Shown here one piece after another: positions 28,897 to 37,891 of a DNA stretch of 64,000 nucleotides (position 1 is its first letter; the number at the start of each line of letters is the position of its first letter). Location: positions 3,456,001-3,520,000 of the forward strand of contig OZ245817.1 of NCBI GenBank assembly GCA_965228475.1, written 5' to 3'. Origin of the DNA: Myxococcota bacterium. Lineage in GTDB: Bacteria; Myxococcota_A; UBA9160; JAFDDA01. The notes under the pieces are model-generated. The model was given only the letters and a program-made list of their open reading frames with translations. It did not search any database and was not told the origin of the DNA. Both the position numbers and the translations under genes were made by a program.

Positions 28897-29904
28897 ATGA
28901 CCGAACCGATCGTTTCGGTGCTGCTGCCGGTGCGAGACGCCGAGCGCACCCTCGCCGCGGCCCTGCGAAGCGTCACCCGGCAGACGGAGGAGCGCTTCGA
29001 GTGCGTCGTCGTCGACGACGGCTCCGCGGACGGCTCGATCGAGATCGCCCGCCGCTTCGCCGCCGAGGACGAACGCTTCCGGGTGATCGAACGGCGCGCC
29101 GAAGGCCTGGTCCCCGCCCTGAATGCGGGGCTCGAGGCGTGCCGAGGCCGTTTCGTCGCGCGCATGGACGCCGACGACGTGATGCACCGCTGCCGGCTCG
29201 CCCAGCAGCGCGACGCCCTCGAAGAGGACGCCGGCCTCGCGGCCGTCGGCTGCCACGTCCGCCTGTTTCCGGACGGCGAGGTCGGAGACGGAATGCGCGA
29301 GTACCAGGCCTGGTTGAACGGGTTCCGGGGCGAAGCCGAACTCCGCCGCGACGCCTTCGTCGAGTGCCCCCTCGCCCATCCGACCTGGTTCGGACGCCGC
29401 GCCTGGTTCGAAGCCCACCGCTACCGCGACCGCGGGTGGCCCGAGGACTACGACCTCTTCCTGCGCGCCCTGGCCCGTGGCGACCGCCTGGGCGTCGTCC
29501 CGGAGCCGTTCCTCGCCTGGCGCGTGGGACCAGAGCGCCTCTCGCGAACCCACCCGAGCTACGCGATCGAACGCTTCGTCGCGTGCAAGGCGCACTTCCT
29601 CGCCGAGGGATTCCTCGCGGAGTCGGACGAGTACGTGCTCTGGGGATACGGCGGCACCGGCCGGGCCCTGCGCGCGGCCCTCGAGGCCCACGGCCGGCGG
29701 CCCTCGCACATCGTGGAGGTCCATCCGGGACGCCTCGGCCAGCGCATCCACGGCGCCGAGGTGATCGAACCCGCGGCCCTCCCCGCGCTTCCGCGCCGGC
29801 CGCTGCTCGCGTCGGTCGCCGGCGCCGAGCCGCGGGCCGAAGTCCGGGCGGCCCTCGCGCGGATGGGATTCGAGGAGGGGACCGACTTCCTCAGCGTCGC
29901 CTGA
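28897..29904 (+). CDS. GT2 glycosyltransferase with C-terminal Rossmann-like extension (QTGAL/B3GNTL1-like)
   Basis: VSVLLPV, DDGS, MDADD, HPTWFGRRAWF, PEDYD, WGYGGTGR, EEGTDFL. Confidence 0.85.
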   Translation: MTEPIVSVLLPVRDAERTLAAALRSVTRQTEERFECVVVDDGSADGSIEIARRFAAEDERFRVIERRAEGLVPALNAGLEACRGRFVARMDADDVMHRCRLAQQRDALEEDAGLAAVGCHVRLFPDGEVGDGMREYQAWLNGFRGEAELRRDAFVECPLAHPTWFGRRAWFEAHRYRDRGWPEDYDLFLRALARGDRLGVVPEPFLAWRVGPERLSRTHPSYAIERFVACKAHFLAEGFLAESDEYVLWGYGGTGRALRAALEAHGRRPSHIVEVHPGRLGQRIHGAEVIEPAALPALPRRPLLASVAGAEPRAEVRAALARMGFEEGTDFLSVA

Positions 29905-31645
29905 CGCGCGCGCCACCGGTGAGATCGAGGTGCTGGTAGAGCGCGCCGTCGCGGAAGCCGAGGCGCCGGTAGTAGGGACGGGTCCCGACGGCCGAGATCA
30001 CGGCCATGCCCTCGTGCCCCGCGCGGTGCGCGCGCGCCGCCGCCGCAGCGACGAGCCGCCGCCCGAGGCCGCCGTGCTGGGCGTGCTCCTCCGCGCGCTG
30101 CCCCGGCGCCAGGGCCGGACCGTAGACGTGCACCTCGCGCAGGAGTGCGGCGTTCCCGAGCTCCTCGAGCGGCGCGGACTCTCCCGGAAGCGAGAGGCGC
30201 GCGAATCCCACGATGCGATCGGCTCCATCGACGGCCTGGAGGAAGACCTCCGTGCCCGCCGCGCTCGCGTACTCCGTCCGCCGCAGGGAGAGATCCCCGG
30301 CGACGGCGGCACCGCCGATCTCGCGGCTCCGGATGTCGAGACAGCGGCGCCCGCTCGCCGCGAGCGAGCGCTCGGCGACCTCGCGATAGTTCGTGCGCCG
30401 GTTGCCGACGAGGATCTCCTGGGAGGGGATGTCGCGGATGACCCGGGAGAGCCGGCAGTACTCGGGCACGACCGAGAGCGCATCGGTCAGGAGCCCCGTC
30501 AGTTCCTCGTCGCCGTAGGGGCGCCAGCGCCCGGCCGCGTGGTGCGCGACCAGCTCGGTCCCGTCGATCAAGCTGCACGGATAGATCTTGAGCTCGTCCG
30601 GCCGGAGCGCCGGATCCCGGAACAGCTGACGAAGCTCCTGGCGATCGGACGCCGGCGTCGCACCGAGCAGGTTCGGCATCCAGTGGAGCTGCACCTTGAA
30701 CCCGGCGCGCCGAAGCAGCGTCGCGGCACGGCGCGAGCAGGCCGCATCGTGCCCGCGCCGGTTTCGGCGGAGGATCTCGTCGTCGAGGCTCTGGACGCCG
30801 AGCTGGATCTTCGTCGCCCCGAGCTGACGCAGCCGGAGGAGCTCCTCGGCGTCGATCGCGTCCGGACGGGTCTCGAGCACGAGGCCCACGCAGCGCACGG
30901 AGGCGGACTCGTTGCGGCGCTGGGCTTCCCGAAGCGCCTCGAGGGAAGCGGACTCCTCCGCCTCCGGCTGCTCCCGAATTCGCGCGCGGACGACGTCGTT
31001 GTACGCGCCCTCCGTCCCGATCCGGAGGTCCTCGAACCCCGATCGGGCTTCCGTTCGCGGCACGGCCCGCTCGATGACGCCCCAATCGTTCAACGCGTCG
31101 AAGCATCGCTTCACGAACCAACGCTGGTATCCCGCCGGATAGTGCGACCACGTCCCTCCGAGCACGAGGATCTCGGCCTTCTCCACCGGGTGTCCGTTCG
31201 CGTGGAAGGCCCGCAGGCGCTCGAAGGTCTGTTCGTAGGGATCGAAACGATGCGCCTCGGCCCGCTGACAGCCGGGCTCGCTCGCGATGTAGCTCTTCGG
31301 CATGGTCGGATCGTTCGGGCAGAAGATGCAGCGCCCCGGGCACGGGAAGGGCTTCGTGAGCACGGTGACGGGGGTGACGCCGCTGCGCGTGCGAACGGGC
31401 TTGCGCCGCAGACGCCGGAGGAAGACCGCCTCGTCCAGGGCCAGACGGCTCTCGGCGCCGAAGGCCCGGAACCCGGCGATCAGGTCGCTGCGCGAGTAGA
31501 AGCCGCTACCGTCCTTGGGATGACGGCGCAGCAGCGCATCGATCGCCCGAGGCGTCCACTCCTCGAGCTCCTGGAAGGCATCCAGCAGTGCGACGAGGGC
31601 GCTTCGATGGCGCGCGGGGTCGAAGGCTCGCGGTGCGGTCGCCAT
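29891..31645 (-). CDS. elp3: tRNA uridine(34) 5-carboxymethyltransferase Elp3 (radical SAM + KAT)
   Basis: KPVRTRSGVTPVTVLTKP, CPGRCIFC, LGGTW, ETRPD, GVQS, HWMPNL, RPDELKIYP, RVIRDIP, LREVHVYG, QHGGLG, VISAVGTRPYY. Confidence 0.93.
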   Translation of the reverse strand: MATAPRAFDPARHRSALVALLDAFQELEEWTPRAIDALLRRHPKDGSGFYSRSDLIAGFRAFGAESRLALDEAVFLRRLRRKPVRTRSGVTPVTVLTKPFPCPGRCIFCPNDPTMPKSYIASEPGCQRAEAHRFDPYEQTFERLRAFHANGHPVEKAEILVLGGTWSHYPAGYQRWFVKRCFDALNDWGVIERAVPRTEARSGFEDLRIGTEGAYNDVVRARIREQPEAEESASLEALREAQRRNESASVRCVGLVLETRPDAIDAEELLRLRQLGATKIQLGVQSLDDEILRRNRRGHDAACSRRAATLLRRAGFKVQLHWMPNLLGATPASDRQELRQLFRDPALRPDELKIYPCSLIDGTELVAHHAAGRWRPYGDEELTGLLTDALSVVPEYCRLSRVIRDIPSQEILVGNRRTNYREVAERSLAASGRRCLDIRSREIGGAAVAGDLSLRRTEYASAAGTEVFLQAVDGADRIVGFARLSLPGESAPLEELGNAALLREVHVYGPALAPGQRAEEHAQHGGLGRRLVAAAAARAHRAGHEGMAVISAVGTRPYYRRLGFRDGALYQHLDLTGGARVRRR

Positions 31646-31671
31646 GGTGGCGGGAAGATAGGGGCTGGGCG

Positions 31672-32433
31672 ATGACCGACGAAACCGCCCACCGCCTGGA
31701 CGCCCTCTGCCGCCGCTTCTACGCGCGCAACGCCGCCGACTTCAGCGCGACGCGGCAGGCGGCCTGGCCGGGCTGGGAACGCTGCCTGCCCTATCTGCTC
31801 CCGAGCGAGCCGGACCCGGGCGGCGAGCCGAGCTGGCGGCTGCTCGACGCGGGCTGCGGGAACGGGCGCCTCGCCGCCTTCCTGGCGGAGCGCTCCCCGG
31901 GCCGGCTCCGGTATCTCGGCGTCGACGCGAGCCCGGAGCTGATCGAGGAAGCGCGCGGCTCGCGGGGAGCGGACGCCCGCTTCGCCGTCGCGGACCTGGT
32001 GACGCTCGACCCCGCCGGGCTCGGTGAGGCGAGCTTCGACGCGATCGCCCTCTTCGCCGTCCTGCACCACGTGGCGGGGCGCGAGCGCCGGGAGGCGCTG
32101 CTCGCGCGGCTCGCGGGTGCGCTCGAACCCGGCGGACACCTCGTCGCGACCGTGTGGCGCGCCGACGCCTTCGCGCGCTTCCGCGACAAGATCGTTCCGT
32201 GGGAATCGTGCGAGGCACGGACCGGCATCCGGGTGAGCCCGGAGGAGGTCGAACCCGGCGACGTCCTGCTCCCCTGGAAACACGACCCGCGCGCGCTGCG
32301 CTACTGCCACTTCCCGGACGAGGACGAGGCCAATGCGCTGGCCCGCGCAGCGGGCCTGCCCCTGCGCGAAGCCTTCGACGCCGACGGGCGCGAGGGCGCG
32401 CTCAACCGCTACTGGGTGTTGGGACCCCGCTAG
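31672..32433 (+). CDS. Class I SAM methyltransferase, Trm9/ALKBH8-like
   Basis: FY..NAADFSATRQAAWP, LDAGCGNGR, FDAIALFAVLHH...RERR, PGG...TVW, GDVLLPW, RYCH. Confidence 0.82.
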   Translation: MTDETAHRLDALCRRFYARNAADFSATRQAAWPGWERCLPYLLPSEPDPGGEPSWRLLDAGCGNGRLAAFLAERSPGRLRYLGVDASPELIEEARGSRGADARFAVADLVTLDPAGLGEASFDAIALFAVLHHVAGRERREALLARLAGALEPGGHLVATVWRADAFARFRDKIVPWESCEARTGIRVSPEEVEPGDVLLPWKHDPRALRYCHFPDEDEANALARAAGLPLREAFDADGREGALNRYWVLGPR

Positions 32434-35078
32434 TCCTGGAGTGCCCGCAGGACTTCCGCCTCGTAGGCCTCGAGCGAGTCGTACATGCGGAAGGGAGCGC
32501 CGGTCGCCGAGCGCTCGTCGGGCATCGGCAGCGCCCCGCTCTTGGCGAGCAGGTCCGCCAGCCACTCCTTCAGCGCGGCCGAGCCGCCCGAAGCGTCGGG
32601 CACGAGCTTGCGCGGATCGAACCGGTCGCTGCGGAAGCGGACGATCTTGAGCGGCTGACCGTCGTCGGCGAGCCAGTTCGTCAGCAGGTCGATCAACACC
32701 ACGGGCTTGGGCTTCAAACCGCGCACGCCCGCCACGGCGATGGCGTCGATGCGTTCGAGGCCGAGCGTCGCCTTGCCACGCTCCCCGACGTCGACGACCA
32801 GCGCCTCGGCGTTCAGGCTCACGGGCATCGCATCCATGCGCTTCAACGGTCGGCGCGGGGGCGACGGCGCACCCGCATCCTCTTCCAACGGCTCGGGCGT
32901 CAGCGCGACGAGCGGTTCCGGCTCGGGAGCCGCGACGGGTTCGGGCCGCTCCGGCTCCGCGGGCTCGGCGACGATCGGCTCGGGGAGCTCGAGCGAGGCC
33001 GGTTCCGGAATCGACGGCTCGGGCTCTGGCATGGGCTCGGGAGCGGACGGCGCGGCCGCTTGCGGTTCGAAGGGCAGCTCCGGCTCGGCCTCGAGATCGA
33101 TCGCCGTCGGATCGAGGGCACTCGGGTCCTCGTCGGCCGCGACGAAAGCAGGAGCGGCGTCGACTTCGGGCACGTCGAGGGCGGCGGATTCGTCGGCCGG
33201 CGCCTCGGCTCCGGGCGATGCGGGGGCATCGTCGAGAACGGAAGCCGGCAGGTCGCCCGTTTCCTCGGGCACCAGGTCGACCTCACCGTGCGAGAGCACC
33301 GCTTCGGGCGCCGGGCTCTCGGTCGGGACCTCCGCGCCGGGGACCGTCATGTCGTCGAGCTCGAAGGGCGCGGCGTTGAGCTCGTCCCCACCCGCCGCGG
33401 TGTCCTCCCGGACGACGGGTGCGGGGACGTCCTCTTCTCCGGCGGAGGCGGCCGGAGCCGGCTCGGCGAGCAGGTCTTCGTGCTCGTCCTCGTCGCCGCC
33501 CGCGTGGGCCTGGAGATCGAAACTGCTCTCGAAGAGCTGTCCGCCCGTCTGCTCGTTGGGATCGTCGGCGCTCGGCGCCGCAGGCGGGGGTGCCGCTTCA
33601 CCCCCTGCGCCGTGCTGCGCCACGAGGCGTTCGAGATCGGCACGCTCCTCGGGGCCGAGGTCCGGCGATGCGAGGGCCGCCTCGGCCGCGCGCAGCGCAA
33701 GGGAGGGATCGAGATCCTCGGCCACACGAGACGTTCTGTGGAGCACGGCGGCGGAGGGCTCCCCACAGTGGCCGTCGAGGATCCGCCCGATCGAGAACTT
33801 CGCGAGGTCGAACTCGCCCGTCTCCATCAAGAAGCCCGCGATGCGAACCTCGAGCGTGGCGTCCACACGGGCGCCGGGCGCGCGCTGGGTGACCTCGCCC
33901 CAGTGGGTGACGGCCAGGGCCTTCTGCCCGGATCCGACCTCGTCGCGCAGCACCCGAAGCAGGGCGCCCGCGGCGTCCTCCGGGCGGCCGACGGCGCTCG
34001 CCACGTCCCAGAAGGCCAGGCAGGCGTCGCGGTTTCCGGGCTGGCTGGCCACTTCGCCGGCCAGCAGCTCGAAGGCCTCCTCGTCGCAGCCCTTCTCGCG
34101 CGCCTCGAGGGCCTGGTCGAGCACGGGGTTCGATTGCTTCGTGCGCTTCTCTTCGAGCGCCGGGTGGATGAAGCGTTCCTCGATCCGGGTGGCCCGCAGG
34201 ATCGCCGCGAAACCGACGCCCCAGACGAGGCCGCTCGCGTGCACCCAGGTGGCAAACTCGGCGCCCGGCGGTTCGATCCCGGGAGCGCCGTGCTTCAGGA
34301 CGTAGTCGACGCCGAGGTAGGTGGCGCCGTAGATCGGGAGCGCCACCCAGCCCTTCGCGGTGAACTTCCCGCCGAAGGGCGGGATGTAGAAGTACCGGAA
34401 GCGGATCGGCGTTCCGGCGAAACGGATCAGGAAGGCCCCGGCCAGGGCCGCGGCGATGCCCGAGGCGCCACCGAGGGCGCCCCCCTCCGGGTCGAGCAGG
34501 GCGTAGCCCGCCGCCGCGGCGGCTGCGGCGCTGACCACGAAGACGGCATAGATCGCGCGCCCCCAGACCTCTTCGAGGAAGAGGCCCGCGAGCAGCACGA
34601 GCACGAGGTTCGCGACGAGATGGAGCCATCCCTCGTGGGCCAGGACGTAGGAGACGATCGTGGCGTCCGGGTCTTCGAGCGTGCTCGGGAAGAAGCCGAG
34701 CCGGAAGAACGAGTGCGCGTCCATCGTGTCGTAGAGTTCGTCGACCATCGCGTCGAACTCCACCTGGTCGTGGTGGACGACGAAGTCCGGGATCGGCGGG
34801 GAGCTGGATGCGGCGTGCCGCGCGCGGAATTCCTGGACCGTCGCCGCGACCCGTTCGGCGCCGAGCAGGTAGGCGAGATCCGCGTCGACCTTCACCCAGG
34901 GACGGACGGCGTAGAAATCCCAAACCGTCTCGAGCTGGACTTCGGTCTTGGCGTCGACCTCGGCGTCGGTCGTGCGGTTCACGAAGAACGCGACCGAGCA
35001 CGCCGCGAGGAGGAGGAGGGTCACCCACGGAAAGCGGCGGGTGCCACGGGCTTCTTCGTTCAGCGGGATGACGATCAC
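32430..35078 (-). CDS. Rhomboid intramembrane serine protease with long cytoplasmic extension
   Basis: HEGWLHLVAN, GGASG (Ser), WVHASG (His), then a TPR-like helical region, acidic Pro/Glu/Ala linker and C-terminal domain. Confidence 0.85.
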   Translation of the reverse strand: MIVIPLNEEARGTRRFPWVTLLLLAACSVAFFVNRTTDAEVDAKTEVQLETVWDFYAVRPWVKVDADLAYLLGAERVAATVQEFRARHAASSSPPIPDFVVHHDQVEFDAMVDELYDTMDAHSFFRLGFFPSTLEDPDATIVSYVLAHEGWLHLVANLVLVLLAGLFLEEVWGRAIYAVFVVSAAAAAAAGYALLDPEGGALGGASGIAAALAGAFLIRFAGTPIRFRYFYIPPFGGKFTAKGWVALPIYGATYLGVDYVLKHGAPGIEPPGAEFATWVHASGLVWGVGFAAILRATRIEERFIHPALEEKRTKQSNPVLDQALEAREKGCDEEAFELLAGEVASQPGNRDACLAFWDVASAVGRPEDAAGALLRVLRDEVGSGQKALAVTHWGEVTQRAPGARVDATLEVRIAGFLMETGEFDLAKFSIGRILDGHCGEPSAAVLHRTSRVAEDLDPSLALRAAEAALASPDLGPEERADLERLVAQHGAGGEAAPPPAAPSADDPNEQTGGQLFESSFDLQAHAGGDEDEHEDLLAEPAPAASAGEEDVPAPVVREDTAAGGDELNAAPFELDDMTVPGAEVPTESPAPEAVLSHGEVDLVPEETGDLPASVLDDAPASPGAEAPADESAALDVPEVDAAPAFVAADEDPSALDPTAIDLEAEPELPFEPQAAAPSAPEPMPEPEPSIPEPASLELPEPIVAEPAEPERPEPVAAPEPEPLVALTPEPLEEDAGAPSPPRRPLKRMDAMPVSLNAEALVVDVGERGKATLGLERIDAIAVAGVRGLKPKPVVLIDLLTNWLADDGQPLKIVRFRSDRFDPRKLVPDASGGSAALKEWLADLLAKSGALPMPDERSATGAPFRMYDSLEAYEAEVLRALQD

Positions 35079-35226
35079 GACGCGGCGTTTCCAGGAATGT
35101 GCTCGACTCGAGACATGCTGCTCCCCGAGACGCAGCCCTGCATGCAAGGCCGCCGTCCCTACGGGGTTCAACGGATGAACGGCCTCGCTCCTGAAGGATC
35201 TTCAGGACGAACTGGGGCACCGGAGC

Positions 35227-35244
35227 CTCGGGGAAAACCCCGAG
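35227..35244 (-). terminator. Stem-loop downstream of the ceramidase-like gene
   Basis: CTCGGGG-AAAA-CCCCGAG perfect stem; no clear U tract. Confidence 0.35.
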
Positions 35245-35251
35245 AGGCCCA

Positions 35252-36613
35252 TCACTCCCCGGGCAGCGCGCCGGCCAGACCCGCGCCTGCCACGAGCAGC
35301 TCCCGGGCGGCGCCCGGCGCAAAGGTCGACATGAGAACTTCGTAGTGGTGCGCGGCGTTCGGCGCGGTGAAGCGCCGCGGGTGCGGCAGGTAACGCAACC
35401 AGCCTCCGACGTTCGAGAGGAGCGCCGAGCCGGGCGCCCTCCCCTCTTTCCAGTCCAAGCCGACCTCGGCCGTGGCTTCGGCCGGCAGCCCGAGCCAGCG
35501 GGCATCGCCCAGACGCAGGACGCGGACTTCGACGCGCGCCCGCAGCCCGCCGGCCAGGCGCGGCGCCGTCCGCTCCCGCACGAACAGCCGCGCACTCGCG
35601 AGCCGCTCGCGCCGCTCTTCGATCGGCAGGCTCGGGTCGAGTTCCTGCTCGAGGGCGAAGACCTCGGAGACACGCAGCGGCGCGGCGGCATCGCGTCCGA
35701 AGGCGAGCGCGGCGTCGCGGCGGCGGGCATCGACCCGCGCAGCGTGACCGGCCTCGCCGTCCTCGGCGCCGTGGACCGGCAGCTCGACCTCGGTGCAGCG
35801 GGCGGCGACGGGGAGTTCGCCGGGCTCGGCCCGCGCGACGGCCTCCCGCACGGCGAGCCCGACCTCCAGGCCGAGTTCCCGGACGGCGTCCATGCCGGCG
35901 CCGAGGCTCTGCCCGGGCACCGCGAGGTCCTGCAGCCCGCGCGTCCTCGGGTCGACGTCCGCGTGGGCGCCCAGCAGGAAGAGCGGCACCGCGCCGGGGT
36001 GGGCTTCGCGAACCGTCGCCGCCGCGGCGCCCGGCCAATCCGCGGACCAGGCCAGATTCTCGTGCCCCAGCACCGTCGGGTGCGTGCCGTGGACGAAGCC
36101 CACGGCGCGGGTCACGCCGGCTTCGTCGTCGATGCGCAGCACGACCACCTCCGGGTCGACGGCGCCGTCGGCCTCGCGGCGGTTGCGCCCGATCGAGACC
36201 CGGGCCGAGCCGAACCCCGCCTTCGCCGCGAAGGCACCGTCGACCGCCCGGGCGGCGGCCTCCTCCGCCGCATCGAAGAGCGGTGCGGCGAACTCCGGGG
36301 CCGCGGCTCCGGACAGGACGGCGGCGATCCCGGTCTCCGGCCCGGAGTGGGTGTGCGTGGCCGCGACCCAGACCTCGCCCGGTGCGAGACCCGTCCGCGC
36401 GGCCACCCGCTCCGCCAGGGCCCGGGCCTGGGGAACGGAGACCAGGCAGACCTCGAGCTGGACGAGCAGCACGCGTCCACCGTTCTCGAGGTAGAGCGCC
36501 CGGGCGTGGAGCGGATCCGCCAGGGCCTCGGCGGTTCCTTCGCGCGCGCCGTAGCCCATCATCGGGATTCCGAGCGGAAGCTCGAAGGGGATCTCCGCGG
36601 TACCGGCGCGCAT
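35252..36613 (-). CDS. Neutral/alkaline ceramidase N-terminal-domain family hydrolase
   Basis: PMMGYGAR, DPLHARAL, ATHTHSGP, GRNRR, HPTVLG, SADWPG, PAE. Confidence 0.78.
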   Translation of the reverse strand: MRAGTAEIPFELPLGIPMMGYGAREGTAEALADPLHARALYLENGGRVLLVQLEVCLVSVPQARALAERVAARTGLAPGEVWVAATHTHSGPETGIAAVLSGAAAPEFAAPLFDAAEEAAARAVDGAFAAKAGFGSARVSIGRNRREADGAVDPEVVVLRIDDEAGVTRAVGFVHGTHPTVLGHENLAWSADWPGAAAATVREAHPGAVPLFLLGAHADVDPRTRGLQDLAVPGQSLGAGMDAVRELGLEVGLAVREAVARAEPGELPVAARCTEVELPVHGAEDGEAGHAARVDARRRDAALAFGRDAAAPLRVSEVFALEQELDPSLPIEERRERLASARLFVRERTAPRLAGGLRARVEVRVLRLGDARWLGLPAEATAEVGLDWKEGRAPGSALLSNVGGWLRYLPHPRRFTAPNAAHHYEVLMSTFAPGAARELLVAGAGLAGALPGE

Positions 36614-36677
36614 GCCAGCGGTGTAGCTCATCCCCGCGGACGCTACCCTCGCGCTCGCCGACAAGAGGAGTCCCCCG

Positions 36678-37826
36678 ATGCGCCGAACGCTCTTCGAAGA
36701 AGAACACGATCTATTCCGCGACCAGGTCCGCCGCTTCATCGCGGACGAGCTCGAACCCAAGATCGAAGGCTGGAACGCCAAGGGCATGAGCGACCGGGAG
36801 AGCTGGCTCCGCGCCGGCGAAGCGGGATACCTCGGCGCCTGCGTTCCGGAAGCCTACGGCGGCGCGGGCGCCGATTTCACCTACGACGCGATCATCATGG
36901 AAGAGATGGCCTACGCCCGGGCCCACGGCATGATGATCTCGCTCCACTCGGACATCTGCCTCCCCTACCTCCTGGCATTCGGGAGCGAGGAGCAGAAGCA
37001 GAAGTACGTCCCCGGCTGCGTCAGCGGCGAGGTCCTTCTCGGCATCTGCATGACCGAGCCGGCCGCGGGCTCGGACCTCCAGGGCATCCAGACCCGCGCC
37101 GTCCGCGACGGCGACGGCTGGGTCCTGAACGGCGCGAAGACCTTCATCAGCAACGGCCAGATCGGCGACCTCTTCATCGTCGTCGCCAAGACCGATCCGA
37201 GCGCCGAGAAGGCATCGCGCGGGATCAGCCTGTTCCTGGTCGACGCCGACACGCCGGGCTTCGTGCGCGGGCAGAAGCTCGACAAGCTCGGCCTGCGCGG
37301 GCAGGACACGAGCGAGATCTTCTTCCAGGACTGCCGCATCCCGGCCTCGGGCCTGCTCGGCGAAGAAGGCCGCGGCTTCTACATGCTGATGGACAAGCTC
37401 CAACAGGAGCGGATCTGCATCGCCGTGGCCTCGATGGCCTCGTGCCGGCGCTCCCTCGACGACACGCTCGAATACGTGAAGGAGCGCAAGGCCTTCGGCC
37501 AGCCGATCGGCCAGTTCCAGAACACGCAGTTCCTGCTCGCGGACCTCGCCACCCAGGTGGAAGTGGGGCAGACCTTCGTCGACGGACTCGTCGGCGCGCA
37601 CGTCCGCGGCGAAGACGTGGTGAGTGAAGCGAGCATGGGCAAGTGGTGGGCGAGCGACCTGCAGAAGCGCGTGGCGGCAGAATGTCTGCAGCTTCACGGC
37701 GGCTACGGCTTCATGAACGAGTACCCGATCTCGACGGACTACGCGGATGCAGCCGTTCAATCCATCTACGCGGGAACGAACGAGATCATGAAGCGGATCA
37801 TCGCGCGCCGGCTCGGGCTCGGGTAA
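36678..37826 (+). CDS. Acyl-CoA dehydrogenase (long-chain type)
   Basis: MTEPAAGSDLQG, NGAKTFISNG, RKAFG, QLHGGYG, IYAGTNEIMK. Confidence 0.93.
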   Translation: MRRTLFEEEHDLFRDQVRRFIADELEPKIEGWNAKGMSDRESWLRAGEAGYLGACVPEAYGGAGADFTYDAIIMEEMAYARAHGMMISLHSDICLPYLLAFGSEEQKQKYVPGCVSGEVLLGICMTEPAAGSDLQGIQTRAVRDGDGWVLNGAKTFISNGQIGDLFIVVAKTDPSAEKASRGISLFLVDADTPGFVRGQKLDKLGLRGQDTSEIFFQDCRIPASGLLGEEGRGFYMLMDKLQQERICIAVASMASCRRSLDDTLEYVKERKAFGQPIGQFQNTQFLLADLATQVEVGQTFVDGLVGAHVRGEDVVSEASMGKWWASDLQKRVAAECLQLHGGYGFMNEYPISTDYADAAVQSIYAGTNEIMKRIIARRLGLG

Positions 37827-37847
37827 AAGGGGCTCGGGCTCGGGTAA
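37810..37847. repeat. 17-bp perfect direct repeat duplicating the gene 3' end including its stop codon
   Basis: GGCTCGGGCTCGGGTAA at 37810 and 37831. Confidence 0.8.
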
Positions 37848-37891
37848 GCGGAAACACTCAAGGGCCCCGCCGTTTCTCCGATGCGCCTCGG

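Noticed and set aside
32154..35345. 1063-aa plus-strand ORF and similar long ORFs (e.g. 21208-23898, 49486-51528, 12192-14351)
   Set aside because: Antisense shadows of well-supported genes, caused by stop-codon scarcity at high GC; no family motifs.
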